Made by a program: the position numbers and the translations under genes. DNA of 63,356 nt, counting the filler, from Asterionella formosa (taxonomy: Eukaryota), in the NCBI GenBank assembly GCA_002256025.1. It is 28 parts of 28 records of this genome, joined end to end, with 100 filler letters (N's around TTAATTAATTAA, not from the genome) between each part and the next. Parts side by side here need not be neighbours in the genome. Positions count along the whole stretch, not along the records: positions 31,747 to 48,518 come from NKIB01004738.1; 27 more parts are not named here. The stretch is one strand, 5' to 3'. Of this stretch, positions 35,710-48,345 are shown one piece after another; the first letter of the stretch is position 1, and each line of letters opens with the position of its first letter. The notes under the pieces were generated by a model, which was not told the origin of the DNA, did no database searches, and worked only from the letters and a program-made list of their open reading frames with translations.

Positions 35710-37631
35710 TTAGCCGTCAAGAGTACAAAAAGCATTTCCACTTACGGAGTTGTACTTATTTTCTCTGGACTGCTGCTGCCAGCCCATATCGTAACTAATG
35801 GTGGCTGAGTCGCGGCATATTGAGTACAGACAAGCGATCCATACCAGTAAGACTGTTCCACCACTGAAAATCAAGTCCTTTGTCAGCCCAGTCTCATCAT
35901 TCATGCACATTGAGTGTCAGATATATTTCTTCCTGACACGCCTCTTTCATTGCAAGAGCGGTTGCAGCAACTTCAGCCTTTCCAACCAGTTCTTCTACAA
36001 CACCGTAAGTGGTAAGTTCATTGCGGAGCAGATGATATCTGCGTCAGCCAGTCCCATTCCGGCTTAATGACAATCCAAAATAAACTGTTTGTTGATAGAA
36101 AATTGTTTTGCTTCTGTTGCATTATTTCTTATCTCATCATTTCTGTATCCAACATTGCTGTTGCTTCTCGCAGACTCGAGTTTAGAAATCAGTTTCTGAC
36201 AGGTCAAACAGGAGACTGAGAATTCGCTTGTTGTCAAGTTGTAATTTTCGGTAGAGATAGCAGCAATCAATGGTTGGTTCATTGTTGAGAGAATTGTTGA
36301 GATCGGATAGTCAACCACATCCTGTTCTATTTATGCTTCACATTGCTGTTCGATGGACAGCTTTTGTTTCCTATTTGATTTAAAGTAAGAAGTTACAAAG
36401 ATACAAAGTGATTGTTTGCAATATTTTCATATAAATTTATTAACACAACTTTTGCAATACACATTTTCCTGCAGCAATTTTGACAATGTATTATAGTCAA
36501 CTACATGATTTCTATTCAGTTGAGAGTCTGTTTCAAATGGTGATGTGATCGTTGTAGGTTCAAGAAAATGCATTTTAGAGGACCGCCAATTCTGATTTTC
36601 ATCGGCGACTATATTTTGTCCTCCTTTTACCACCAACTCCAATTTTGGAAATGAGACAGCCACCACTGGAAGAACGCGGCATGATTTTGTTTGTTGTTTT
36701 TGTGATTGATGTGTTAGAACATGTAAAATAAAATTCTTTTTGTTATTTCATGCCACCTCACTTCAAGAATTTTTTGAAACAATGTACATAGTAGGTAGAT
36801 TGAAGTTGAAATTACTAATGAAATAAATGAAAATGCATGGTAGAGTCACTAATCACTACTAGATTTAGAACATTCAGAACATTTGGGAGTTGGTTTGAAA
36901 CCAGTGTACTCTTCGTTTGGGTACTTGTTTTTCAAAAGGGATCAAACCTATTTTAAGCAACAGTCAGGAAGTTCCTGCCGAACACCTTTTTCCAATGGTC
37001 CACAAAAAGTTCTGATCAAAAACTTGTGGACAAGATTACTACGTGCTCTTGATGGCGTGATTTCTTCATCCTTCATTCTTCTTGTGAGAATGAAATCATC
37101 TTCCAAAAACTTCTCCACCAACTCTGCTTCGATTTTAACTTTTCGACTCTGACATTCAGGGGGCAACCAAAATCGCAGCATTCACAGAAGGTGCATGCCT
37201 CACATCCCTCCAATCCCGACTATACAATTAACCAGTCTTTTTTGATATGTTGGAAATGTATCATGACTATAGTTGAATTCGAAGATGCCATTTTTTTCCA
37301 AATGGTGTGTATTTTCACTCATGGTGGATTGTTGCATTTGTTTGTTTCTTACTGGTGTATAATCATCAACAATATTTGCCATGCTGCCAGCTTGTATGAC
37401 ACATATATGTTGATCGTATAATAGCTAGGGTATACATGCATAGAGCGATGCAGAATATTTATACATATATTTAGCGAATTCGAAAAGGAATCTCGGTACA
37501 TATGCTCATATTTCCACTGATTTAAATAATTCAAATGGAATCATGTCATTCCAAATAGGTCACATAAATTCTTAGTTCCAGGGAATTTCGGCAACCCTAA
37601 GCAATTGCCTTAGGGTTGAAATGCAGGAACC
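35710..37631 (-). mobile_element. Degenerate Kolobok-like (Mutator-like domain) DNA transposon, 5' part, with a KolX/P2X7-ballast-like accessory ORF
   Basis: Terminus TTAA|GGTTCCTGCATTTCAACCCT at 37635-37612. Accessory ORF remnant GPLEKGVRQELPDCCLK*V*SLLKNKYPNEEYTGFK at about 37180-36890. Transposase remnants from about 36683 (MPRSSSGG, CKSC, CLTC, AGIG..AMNLP, ISYDMGWQ...YNSVSGNAF). Confidence 0.6.
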
Positions 37632-38519
37632 TTAAACAATGCTCATGACATGCATGTTGTACTTACTATACTACATACGGTTTGTGAAGATGGTCTGTAG
37701 TATTATTTCCAAATAATACAGTAATTCAAAATTAAATTTATAATTTAATTGCCAAATATTTTCCATATTCTTTCATATCCCGTAGCCCCCGCTAGCGGTA
37801 CCGGTACCAGGTACCGTAGTTCGGACTGATGAAAACCCGGCCACAGCTCCATTGTTGGGGGATGGAAGAAGATGCTGTAGGATCTTTTTACCCTGGAACC
37901 GGCACAGGGAATTAAAAATGACTCGGAATTGACTCTGATCAGTATTGTAAGTAGGATTTCACAACAAACGTAGACGACGAAGATTTATGCGATCATTTAG
38001 TGTGAATTCACCATCACGACATCTTCATGTGAAATCTCGGCTTCCGCCCCATACTAAAACTACTTCAGTTTTATGAATTATCCACCCGGACACAGACATA
38101 CCATAAGTGAATGACACTTAGGGCCCTTTACCCTCATTAGAAATGACTAAATTGCGTAGGCTTGATGAAAGAAAAATATACCTGATTTATGAAATAGAGT
38201 GACCGAAAACAACATGAGTGAATTAGAAGAAATATACCGGTAGTCAATAGTGCACAACTTATGATACGTCCTGGAACAATGAGAGTCATTCACGTCCAAA
38301 CTGTGGGGCGGGGGAGGATAAATGTGATTACAAAAAGACTCCTCCACAGTTCCCAATGAACCCATCGCTCCAGTATACTGACAAAAGCAAATCTTATGAA
38401 TTCACTCATAATTTTTGACTGGTCACTCTAATTCCGTCAGATCCTGAAATCGTTTCGTTTCCTTTTCTTTCCTTTCATCCTTCGTCCACATCCTTCAGTT
38501 AAAAGGCCAGTGTACAACC

Positions 38520-41500
38520 ATGAAGCTCGGTCTTGCCGCTGCTGCTTCGCTGCTCTTCACGAGCGGTTGCTCTGCAACGCAGGTGAGTTCGCTCGTGGAT
38601 GTGATCCAATACCGGTATCGGAAACCCAAGAATCTGTTTTCAATTGCTCAGCTCATTCCGGTTCGATATACAATGACAAGCTTTCCTACTTTTTCAGTGG
38701 GTTGTTTGGCTTTCTTTATCCACTTGATAAACTGTCGTTGTCTGGCGTGGCTTCCATGAGTGGACCAGTTTGCATACGGCATTTGTTATCTCCTGGAGAC
38801 CTTGCAAACAGAATCAATGTCTGTTCATTCAAGAAACTTCCTTCGAACTGTCCAAGTTGCATTCTGAACACACCCATTGGATCTCACCCTCTCTTTTCTT
38901 CTTTTGACATTCTAGTCTCTACGTCCGTTTTTTGCGATGATTGAGTCTCCTTCCGATGCCCAGTGGATGTATGCCTTCAAAGACGGTCCTCTCATGGGAT
39001 TAAACTACCCTAGTAAGACATTCATTGGTGGCTGGTACGTCCCCAACCACGACGAAAACAGCAACCCTTTAGTTGTCATGTTGAATGGAACTGCCATTGA
39101 AAACGAGGCCAAATGGCGAATCTACGTGGACAAGAAGCTGTTAGCTTGTGGCAACGGTCCATCGGGGCTTCAAGACCAAACGTATGGATTGCCTGTCTTG
39201 GGAACCTTTACCATTCCCAATTCGTTCAAGGGACACGATGAAAGCATTTGCCTTGCGACCATCGGCCCTTACCCCGGTTCTGTTACCACAAATCCTTACG
39301 ACTATGACCGTAGTTGCGGATATTGCCAAGATCAACTCGACACGGAAACACCAACGGTCTCCCCTTCTGAAAGAGTCGTGCCTGCTCCACCCAGCAGCTC
39401 CAACACTGCCTTCCCTAGTTACTTTCCGAGTACCTCCACCAATCCTAGCTCCAATCCTTCGTCCCCTACGATACTCACTTCGTCAATTTCTGGAAGTGTA
39501 AAGGAAGATACCGACAACAATGATAGTGGGGATGCCAACTTGGCGGGTGTTACTGTTACTTTACAAGGTCCAAGTGGTACTGGTCCCATCCTACAGAGTA
39601 CTGTCACTGACTCAAACGGCAACTTTGTGTTTGTGAATCTGCCCAATGGCAATTATGTTGTAAAGGAGATCAATCCAGTTGGGTATGTTGATGTGTCTGA
39701 TCCTTCGGGTGATCCGTTTGATAGTACAATTGACGTCCAGCTCACTGGCGGTGAGAACAAGACTATTGGTGATTTCATTGATGAGCCATTGCGCAAGATC
39801 AGTGGACAAGTGCTTGAAGATAGCAATAATGACAACGTCGGTGATTTCCCGATTGGTGGAGTAACTGTGCAATTGAAAGATCTCAATGGTACAGTTGTCA
39901 TGACAGCCATCACTGACAGCAATGGTGACTTTACATTTAATGCCCCTCCTGGTATGTACACAATTGTCCATGAGACTCCTCCTGGTTTTGTTACCGTCGG
40001 CAGCACCACAATCCCGGTAAATACAAGTTCTGGAAATGTTCTGAACACTCTCTTCATTGACGAGCGCCCCAGTAGTTCTCCTAGTGTGAGTGCTTCACCC
40101 AGTAACTTTTTGCTTGGATCAATTTCTGGAAGTGTCAAGGAAGATACAGACAACAATGATAGTGGGGATGCCAACTTGGCGGGTGTTACTGTTACTTTAC
40201 AAGGTCCAAGTGGTACTGGTCCCATCCTACAGAGTACTGTCACTGACTCAAACGGCAACTTTGTGTTTGTGAATCTGCCCAATGGCAATTATGTTGTAAA
40301 GGAGATCAATCCAGTTGGGTATGTTGATGTGTCTGATCCCTCTGGCGATCTGTTTGATAGTACAATTGACGTGAAGCTCACTGGTGGTGAGAACAAGACT
40401 ATTGGTGATTTCATTGATGAGCCATTGCGCAAGATCAGTGGACAAGTGCTTGAAGATAGCAATAATGACAACGTCGGTGATTTCCCTATTGGTGGAGTAA
40501 CTGTACAATTGAAAGATCTCAATGGTACAGTTGTCATGACAACCATCACTGACAGCAATGGAGACTTTACATTTAATGCCCCTCCTGGCATGTACACAAT
40601 TGTCCATGAGACTCCTCCTGGGTTTGTCACCGTCGGCAGCACCACAATCTCGGTAAATACAAGTTCTGGAAATGTTTTGAACACTCTCTTCATTGACGAG
40701 CGTCCGAGTCTTGCTCCAAGTTTTGTTCCTAGTTACCTCCCCACTCTGGTACCAACACCTGCACCCACCCTTTTATCTTTCTCTGAGCCAACTACATTTC
40801 CTACTTCCTTACCGACATCTGAACTTTCTGTAGATCCGACTGACGGACCTACGGCTGTATCTACATCAGAACCTACCTCTTTGTCAACTCCTTTGCCCAC
40901 AAATGTACCAACAGTTGATCCTATTGTTCCACCAACGGCTGAGCCTACCAGTGCTCCGACTGTTGGACCTACGATTGTACCTACCGCTGAGCCAACCACT
41001 TCGCCCACTTACATACCAACAGCTAAACCTACTGCTGAGCCAACCAGTGTTCCGACTGACGGACCTACGGCTTTTCCTACTGCACAACCTACCGCTGAGC
41101 CGACCACATCGCCCACTTACATACCAACAGCTAAACCTACTGCTGAGCCTACCAGTGTTCCGACTGACGGACCTACGGCTTTACCTACTGCAGAACCCAC
41201 CGCTGAGCCCAGCACTTCGCCCACTTATGTACCAACATCTGAACCTACTGCTCAGCCTACCAGTGTTCCGACTGATGGACCTACAGCTCTCCCAACTGCA
41301 GAACCTACCACTCTGCCCACTCAGGTACCAACAGATGAACCAACGGCTTTACCTAGTCCTTCACCTACTGCTGAGCCTACCAGTGCTCCGACTGACGAAC
41401 CTACGGGTGTACCTACTGCAGAACCTACCTCTGAACCAACTACTTTGCCCACTAACGTTCCAACAGCTGAACCTACTGCTTTACCTACTGCTGAGCTTAC

Positions 41501-43889
41501 CAGTGTTCCGACTGATGGACCTACGGCTGTACCTACTTCAGAACCTACCTCTGAGCCAACTACTTCGCCCACTAACGTACCAACAGCCAAACCTACTTCT
41601 GAGCCTACTCGTCTTCCCACTGACACACCGACGGCTATACCAACTGCAGAACCTACCCCTGAGCCAACCGCAGAACCAACTACAGCGCCCACTGCATTGT
41701 TTACAATTGCTGGTAAAGTAAGTCAAGACGTGGATAACGACAACACGGCAGACCAGCCCCTTGAAGGAGTTACAATCGAGTTGTTTGATTCCAGCGGTGT
41801 TTCATTTGCTACGACCTCAACTGACAGTTCTGGACAATTCTATTTCGAGGACCTTCTCCCTGGACTTTACACTGTTCGTGAGACCAATCCAGATGGTTTC
41901 GATTCTGTAGGTGATACCGATGGGGACGATCCCGATAGGATCAACATTGACCTGACTGCTAGCGATAGTCGGGCCAATGAATTTATAGATGAGCCCTTGC
42001 GTACTATTGCTGGTAAGGTTCTTGAGGACTCTCAAAACCTTCAAATCGGTGAAATACCATTAGCCGGGGTGCTTGTTGAGCTGTTTTTTATGAATCAAAC
42101 AGTATTCATGACGACAACGACAAAAGCTCAAGGTGCCTTTACTTTCTTATTTGTTCCTCCCGGAAAATACACAATTCGCGAAACAAATCTTCCTGGCTAT
42201 ATTGATACCAAGGATAGCGATGGTGCTAATGATAATGTCATTGCCGTCGATGTGGGCTCGGGTAATAGCGACAACAATGTGTTTGTTGACGAACAAACAA
42301 GTGAAGCTCCCAGTCTTTCCCCTTCAACTGAACCTTCTACTAACCCATCTTCTGAGCCGTCTTCTGAGCCATCTGCTAATCCATCAACTGGGCCATCTGC
42401 TAAGCCCTCCATTTCGCCATCGACTGAGCCTTCCGTTGAACCTTCCGCTGATCCTTCTACTGAGCCGTCCATTTCGCCATCGGCTGAACCGACTGCTGTT
42501 CCAACTCCTGGGCCAAGTACATTAATAGTTCAACCAACTGCAAAACCTACTGCAAATCCCACTGCAACACCCACTGCAAAGCCCACTGCAACACCCACTT
42601 CAACACCCACTTCAACACCTACTGCGAAACCTACTGCGAAACCTACTGAAACACCCACCGCAACACCAACCGCAAAACCCACAACCCCATATCCAACTGC
42701 AAAACCCACAACTCCATACCCAACTGCAAAACCAACGCCGTTTCCAACCCATGTACCAACAAGTGCTCCAAGTATTGGGTGTGAACTTGAGAAGATCAGT
42801 TCTTTTGTCACTGGTAGTCTCAGTTTTCCAACTGGCGGTGTAGGCGGCAGATCGAATCAAATTCAGAAACTGACGCTAAAAACTGATAAAACCAGCAGCA
42901 ACCCGCACGCATGTGTATCAGGAGGTGTAACCAAATATGGCTTTGAACCTCCCTTCAACTTGGGTATTGTAATCGATGTTTCTGGAAGTACAAAAGACCC
43001 ATTCGGTGGATCTCCAACTGGTGATGTCAATAATGATGGAACATCGAATTCCATTCTTGATGCTGAAATTGCATCAATCATAGCTGTTTTACAATCCATT
43101 GCCAAATCACCAGATCTGGACAACAGCAACGTGGACATTGGTTTAGTGACCTTCTCAACTGTAGCAACATATCATGGGCGTTTTTCACCACTAGACCCTA
43201 ACGATGAGACCAAAGTCAATCCAACTTTATTGAATGTACTTACTGGTTTAAAAGCAAATGGTTACACTAATTTCGATGGTGCCTTGGATGAAATTCTGAA
43301 ATACTATATTGAAGCTCCCAAGCTGAGAGACAACCTCCTTTTCTTCCTATCTGATGGTATCCCCAACGTTCCAGGTAATGGTGATGGTGAAGTGGCACCG
43401 AGAGATTCTAGAGGTAATATTCAATATATCAACAATGATCCATCTGCAACTAATTTTGTCAGTGAGCTGAAGGCATTGGATTCCTACAAGGTGATCCGCT
43501 TGTCAGTTGGTGTTGGTACTGGCACAAATGTTAGTCCAGGCAGTGGTTTAGATAAGATTGACAATACCCCAGATGAACTGACTGGAGTAAAAGCACAGCA
43601 GGTTACAACATCCCAAGATCTTGCAAGTGTCCTTCTCCGTAACCCTGTTGTTGGTTACGTTATTGATTTGACTATCACTGTCAATGGCGTAAAACAACCC
43701 AACATTGATGTATCTCAACTTTCATCTGGCTTTACTGGTTACAGTTTTGGAACCTATTTTGTGGATGGACTTAAAGTTGGTTCAAACACTATTTCGTGCA
43801 CTGTGATTATGGATTATGACAAAAACATATCAACAACAACAGATCAGCAAACCTTGACAACATTTACAAATGTTATTCGAACTGCTTAA
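38520..43889 (+). CDS. Large secreted adhesin-like protein: signal peptide, six SdrD-B-like repeats, PT/PS-rich mucin stalks, C-terminal vWA domain
   Basis: Exons 38520-38582, 38652-38696 and 38916-43889 (phase-0 GT-AG introns) give [25 protein letters not shown]...[11 protein letters not shown]. Repeated ISG.V.ED..N..GD..L.GVTV.L...T.TDSNG.F.F..LP.G.Y.V.E units; PTAEPT and PSTEPS arrays; [26 protein letters not shown]. Confidence 0.92.
39483..40703 (+). repeat. Intragenic tandem duplication, 636-bp period
   Basis: TCAATTTCTGGAAGTGT starts at 39483 and 40119; the two-domain unit is nearly identical at DNA level. Confidence 0.95.
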
Positions 43890-44456
43890 ACATTGCGAAA
43901 CAAATGTAAACATGAATAAGACAGATGTGTGGCACTAATTATTATAGCTCATATTACTAGCCTAGTGACAGCGTTAGGGTCAGGGGATGATGCCTTCTAC
44001 GTGTCTTCCCTAGGGATCACCCAGCCCTTCTAAGCCTGGTTGCATAATGATCTATTTTCAGCATAGTTAAAAGACCGAAGTTCCTTTCTGCAGTTTCTTG
44101 CTGAAAGTTAACTTCTGAGGCTTTATGAAGATTTTGTCAAACCCTGCCAACATTGAGCTATCATCATTCAAAAAATCAACAAAATTGGTCTTTTCAACTG
44201 TCTCCAAAATATCGGAATCAGAATCACTTAGCAGTGCCAAAACATCATCATCCAAATAGGAGTCTTGTGATTCCATTTTTAGTCGTGAAATATCCTGTAT
44301 GGGTGGATGCATCATGAAACTACATTGGGTAGCCATCATAGCTACTGGTACAAAATAATTCTGGCTACCAGTACAACATAATTTTAGCTTAAGTAAAATG
44401 TTCTACATAAAAAACATCCATATGGATAAAGTTTATGTACACATGCATCCACAATC

Positions 44457-44533
<77 letters not shown>
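44457..44533. repeat. (TTG)n microsatellite
   Basis: Uninterrupted TTG run of 77 bp. Confidence 0.99.
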
Positions 44534-45549
44534 CCATTTCACAGCAATGGGTGTGAAATTGTTGTTGTATCTTCATTGCAACTACTATATGATCTTATTT
44601 GAGTCATACCTGTACAGTTTCAACTCCAGGTTGCCCACTATCAAACTCAAGAGTGTGAAACCATTGGTCATGTACTAGGCGTGGATCCCTGTGCCCAACA
44701 AAAAATAGGTCATATGAAAAGCAAATTGTGTCGTCCCATGCCGCTTCCGGTGTTTAATAGTAGCGCTACTACTCATGGAGGAAAGAAAGCTATTTGAAGC
44801 GGCACAGGAGGATTTTCTATCGTTGAGTAAAGCAACAGAATAATAACAACTTGGTGGATGTGATTATAACATGCCAATCCAGGCGCAAAATATTATATAC
44901 CATAGGTTTAGGGTTTATGCTACTACTAGGCCTACAGGGTCTACCCAGTCTTGATGTTGTTGGCTTGCCGGAAGCATTCTGAGAATCATTTTGTCTGCTG
45001 CCTCAAGATGCAGAAATTTTTTGTGCATGTCATAATATATCCATCACGATCCAAGTGGTAGCATCTACACAAATCAATACCATTGTAGGATTAGGTACAA
45101 ACATGTAAACACTCTAGGAATTACTATTGATGTCATCACAAAATTCAGGTGCACCACTGCACCAAAAATAGAAATTCTTTTGATTGTAGACACTGTTTGA
45201 ACCTACAACAATATATCTTTTTATGTTGCTATTCACGTTATAGAGTATGGAGAAAATGGTGGTGAAGTTGGTTTTTTCATAATGTTGGCTGATCAAAAAG
45301 GACCAATGTCTTGTACTTCCCTTTAAGTAAAATCAGTCATGGCTGGTGTGTACATTGAGGGGTATGAGACATCAGGTTTTACAGTACTAGTACACCTTGT
45401 CATTCAAATTACAGGATAACATAACACTAAAACACTGAACAAAATGTAAATAATGCAACACAATGATGGGCATTGTGCACAAAATGTATCATGAAGGTAT
45501 TCATGGAAGTATCTTGCCACATACAATGAATATGACAACCATCATGCAC

Positions 45550-47256
45550 TTAGCCTGAAAACATGAGCTTGTTGATGACAATCTGTCCTTGATCATCCTG
45601 AACCTTCCATTCCTTGTACACAAAACCATTAGCATCATCCCGAACATCCAATTTTGCCCCAACTAGAACATCGGAGAGGAAAAGAGAATTACCCTGAGTC
45701 AACTCCATGATCCGTTCATCATTCAAATATAGTGCAGCAGTACCTACATCCAAATCCCGGTTGCTAACAGCGAACTTGGCAAATCTGATTGACATGTCAT
45801 TTTCTTCTTCCTCCTGATCAGACATGAAATTCTCGATTTTCTCCATGGGGAAAACGATGCAATCATCCTTGTTGACACATTCCCTCATTTTATTAGGGAT
45901 AGCGAATCTTGTAGTGGATGTCAATTCCTGAAAGGCATCCACAGAGGGCGTATCCTCCGTTTCTTCTTGAAACACGGAAGCGTCAAAGTTCGCGTCGCGG
46001 TACCATGCTCTCGAGTAGGTTGTGTATACCATGGCTCTTAGATCTGGACTATTGTTGGCACCTCCACGGTGGTCGATTTGGTAATCAAAGAGGACCATAT
46101 CGCCTACGCCCAATACTGGAACTCTCCACGCATTGGCTGGACAAGCCCTAAATTTCAAACGAGTGCGTATCATAGTTTCGAACGGCGAACCTTTCCGGAT
46201 CAATGCCTGATCGAAGACAGTCGGTTTAGAGGAAACCCCCTTGAGGTGAGATGTACCCATACAAAATTCGATAGGACCATGATCATAGGTCAAATTCAGC
46301 ATGGGAGTCATCATAGTGACAGCAAACATGGGAAGATCATGTCCAGCAATGCCTCCGTTGTTCAACGAATCATCATCTCCAAAGATATATTCATCATCGT
46401 AGTGCCAGTGCCCTGCAATTGCCCCACGTTCAGCAATGACAGCACCAGCAGAATGAATCATCATATTCTCGGAAAGGATGCGAGGATCGTGTAGAATTTC
46501 CATGATGGATTTTTGGGCCATAATTGTTTTCGAAGCCAATGATTGGGGTAAGAGGACCTCCCACCGTTTTGGAAATCTTTCAATTAAAAATCCTCCTCCA
46601 CCATGGGTTGTGCGACCTCTCCGAGTGATACGTCCCGTATGCAATCCTCCAAGGTAATCCGAAAGGATTTCTCGGTACGCTTGCACTGTAGGCTTGTCGA
46701 TCGCGTTCCTCAAAACAACCAGGTGGCATTTTTCAAGCACCCGAATAGCGTCTTTTATTCTGTATTTGTTCGAAGAAAGATCAAATTCACGCTCCATACA
46801 ATCAGGGTCGATAGCCGTATCTTGCATCGCTTGGATGTGACGATCGGCATATTTATTGTCTCGTGGAGCCACCTTATGAAGCTGAAGACCTTCTTTGCTT
46901 TTCCTTTTTCTTCGAATTTGTGGGGTTCGAGTTGATCCTGTCTTGGAATTATCATTAGTAGTCGTTCGCAGAATCTTTTCAAGTTCGTCGAACGCAAAGC
47001 TCTCCCCAAGGACGGCATGGGCATCAAGTAACAACGAGCCCTGGTCAAGGTGTGAATGCAAGGCTGCATATGCTTGCAGCATTCGAATAGCAAGATCACG
47101 CCTATCATCCGTTTTGCAAGAGGTCGCATTCTCACAATGGCTACTACCAGAATTTTTATTTTTGGCTGATGCATCCGCTATGATCGCTGTTTGGGGAACC
47201 AGCACTGAAACTAGAAGCCACACAATTATCCACCTCCATATTCCAAATAGATTCAT
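45550..47256 (-). CDS. Secreted PhyH-family Fe(II)/2-oxoglutarate dioxygenase
   Basis: 568 aa with N-terminal signal peptide. LVVLRNAI, GHWHYD (HxD), HGPIEFCMGTSH, VGDMVLFDYQIDHRGGANNS..R..VY.TYSRAWYRD.NF. Confidence 0.9.
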   Translation of the reverse strand: MNLFGIWRWIIVWLLVSVLVPQTAIIADASAKNKNSGSSHCENATSCKTDDRRDLAIRMLQAYAALHSHLDQGSLLLDAHAVLGESFAFDELEKILRTTTNDNSKTGSTRTPQIRRKRKSKEGLQLHKVAPRDNKYADRHIQAMQDTAIDPDCMEREFDLSSNKYRIKDAIRVLEKCHLVVLRNAIDKPTVQAYREILSDYLGGLHTGRITRRGRTTHGGGGFLIERFPKRWEVLLPQSLASKTIMAQKSIMEILHDPRILSENMMIHSAGAVIAERGAIAGHWHYDDEYIFGDDDSLNNGGIAGHDLPMFAVTMMTPMLNLTYDHGPIEFCMGTSHLKGVSSKPTVFDQALIRKGSPFETMIRTRLKFRACPANAWRVPVLGVGDMVLFDYQIDHRGGANNSPDLRAMVYTTYSRAWYRDANFDASVFQEETEDTPSVDAFQELTSTTRFAIPNKMRECVNKDDCIVFPMEKIENFMSDQEEEENDMSIRFAKFAVSNRDLDVGTAALYLNDERIMELTQGNSLFLSDVLVGAKLDVRDDANGFVYKEWKVQDDQGQIVINKLMFSG

Positions 47257-48129
47257 GACTGAAAGTAAGCTTGGGACTAGTTACTTTTACAGCAATGACA
47301 TTAGATTTCTTGTGGGGGATTTCTAATGGGAGAATGCGGATCAACCGGAACGACCTCATTTTACTGAATCTCCTTGATTCGATATATATTCAAATATAAA
47401 TTGGCGCTTGATTTCCAACATCGTTTTTGTGTCCACGGATATAATTCTAGTAGATACCGGTAGTCTGCATCTCCTAAGTTCAGATAAAGGAAGAATAATG
47501 TTCTCTAGGTGTCGTATATTTTTGATGATCCGCGAGCGTTTTGTTACCTAAATGGAAGTCTTCTGATAAAGGAAAAGTCCAGACCATCATTATATTATCG
47601 AGGCATTTAAAAAACAGTGGTACCTGGTACATGTTTTGAGAAAAATACATAGATCCACAGGTATGGTCATACAGGTAGAACTCCGTAAGTGTGTGAACTG
47701 TCGCATATGTATTACCGTTATTTTGTAAATAATTTAAGACGAGGAGGGTACGACATGATTCACCACACTCTCCGTTCCGCTATTACTAATGGTATGGTAC
47801 CAGGTGAACGGAACCGTAAAGCTAGCACCAGAATGAAGGTGCCGATTGGATGCAAGATTCAGCGACCGCCTGGCTGAATCTTCGTCCTCGAGGAGGTGAC
47901 AAAGTGATCACTATGATGCATCATTATCATACGAAGAGACAGCAAGAGGTAGACTACGTACCTGGCTTTTTTCGTAGTTAGTCTACCGGTACAGGTATGT
48001 ACATAGATTCAATGATACATGCCGGAATTAATCTTCTGGTCAAAAAAAGAAGCAGGGTTCTTAAAACAAGTGACAACCATCTGAATCCACCAGCAGCTGC
48101 TAAGGGCCGTTCTTATCATTCTGTTATTT

Positions 48130-48345
48130 GTTGTCATTGGTGTATCATCGCCGAAATATGATACAAAAATGGCGGTTTGGTTTTTTTTTGTGTATCACCA
48201 ACGGTTTTTTTGGTCTGATCACCGGTGTATCATGGGTGTATCACTGATACAGTTTTTGGACCCCTGACCAATGCTGTATCACTGATCAAGCCGTTGATCA
48301 CTGTGTATCACGTCCGTTGCCACTGATAAAATAACTGTAGACATG
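48130..48345. repeat. GTATCA-rich repeat related to 1-190
   Basis: Clustered GTATCA/TGATAC/TGATCA and the shared CCGTTG.CACT.ATAAAATAAC block. Confidence 0.55.

Noticed and set aside
37820..37930. CTGATGA suggesting a hammerhead ribozyme core
   Set aside because: No stem II closed by GAAA and no matching stems I/III.
40733..42811. Val/Gly-rich antisense and Leu-rich alternate-frame ORFs
   Set aside because: Shadows of the PT-repeat region of the adhesin gene.
44457..44678. Poly-Leu ORF
   Set aside because: Translation of the TTG microsatellite.
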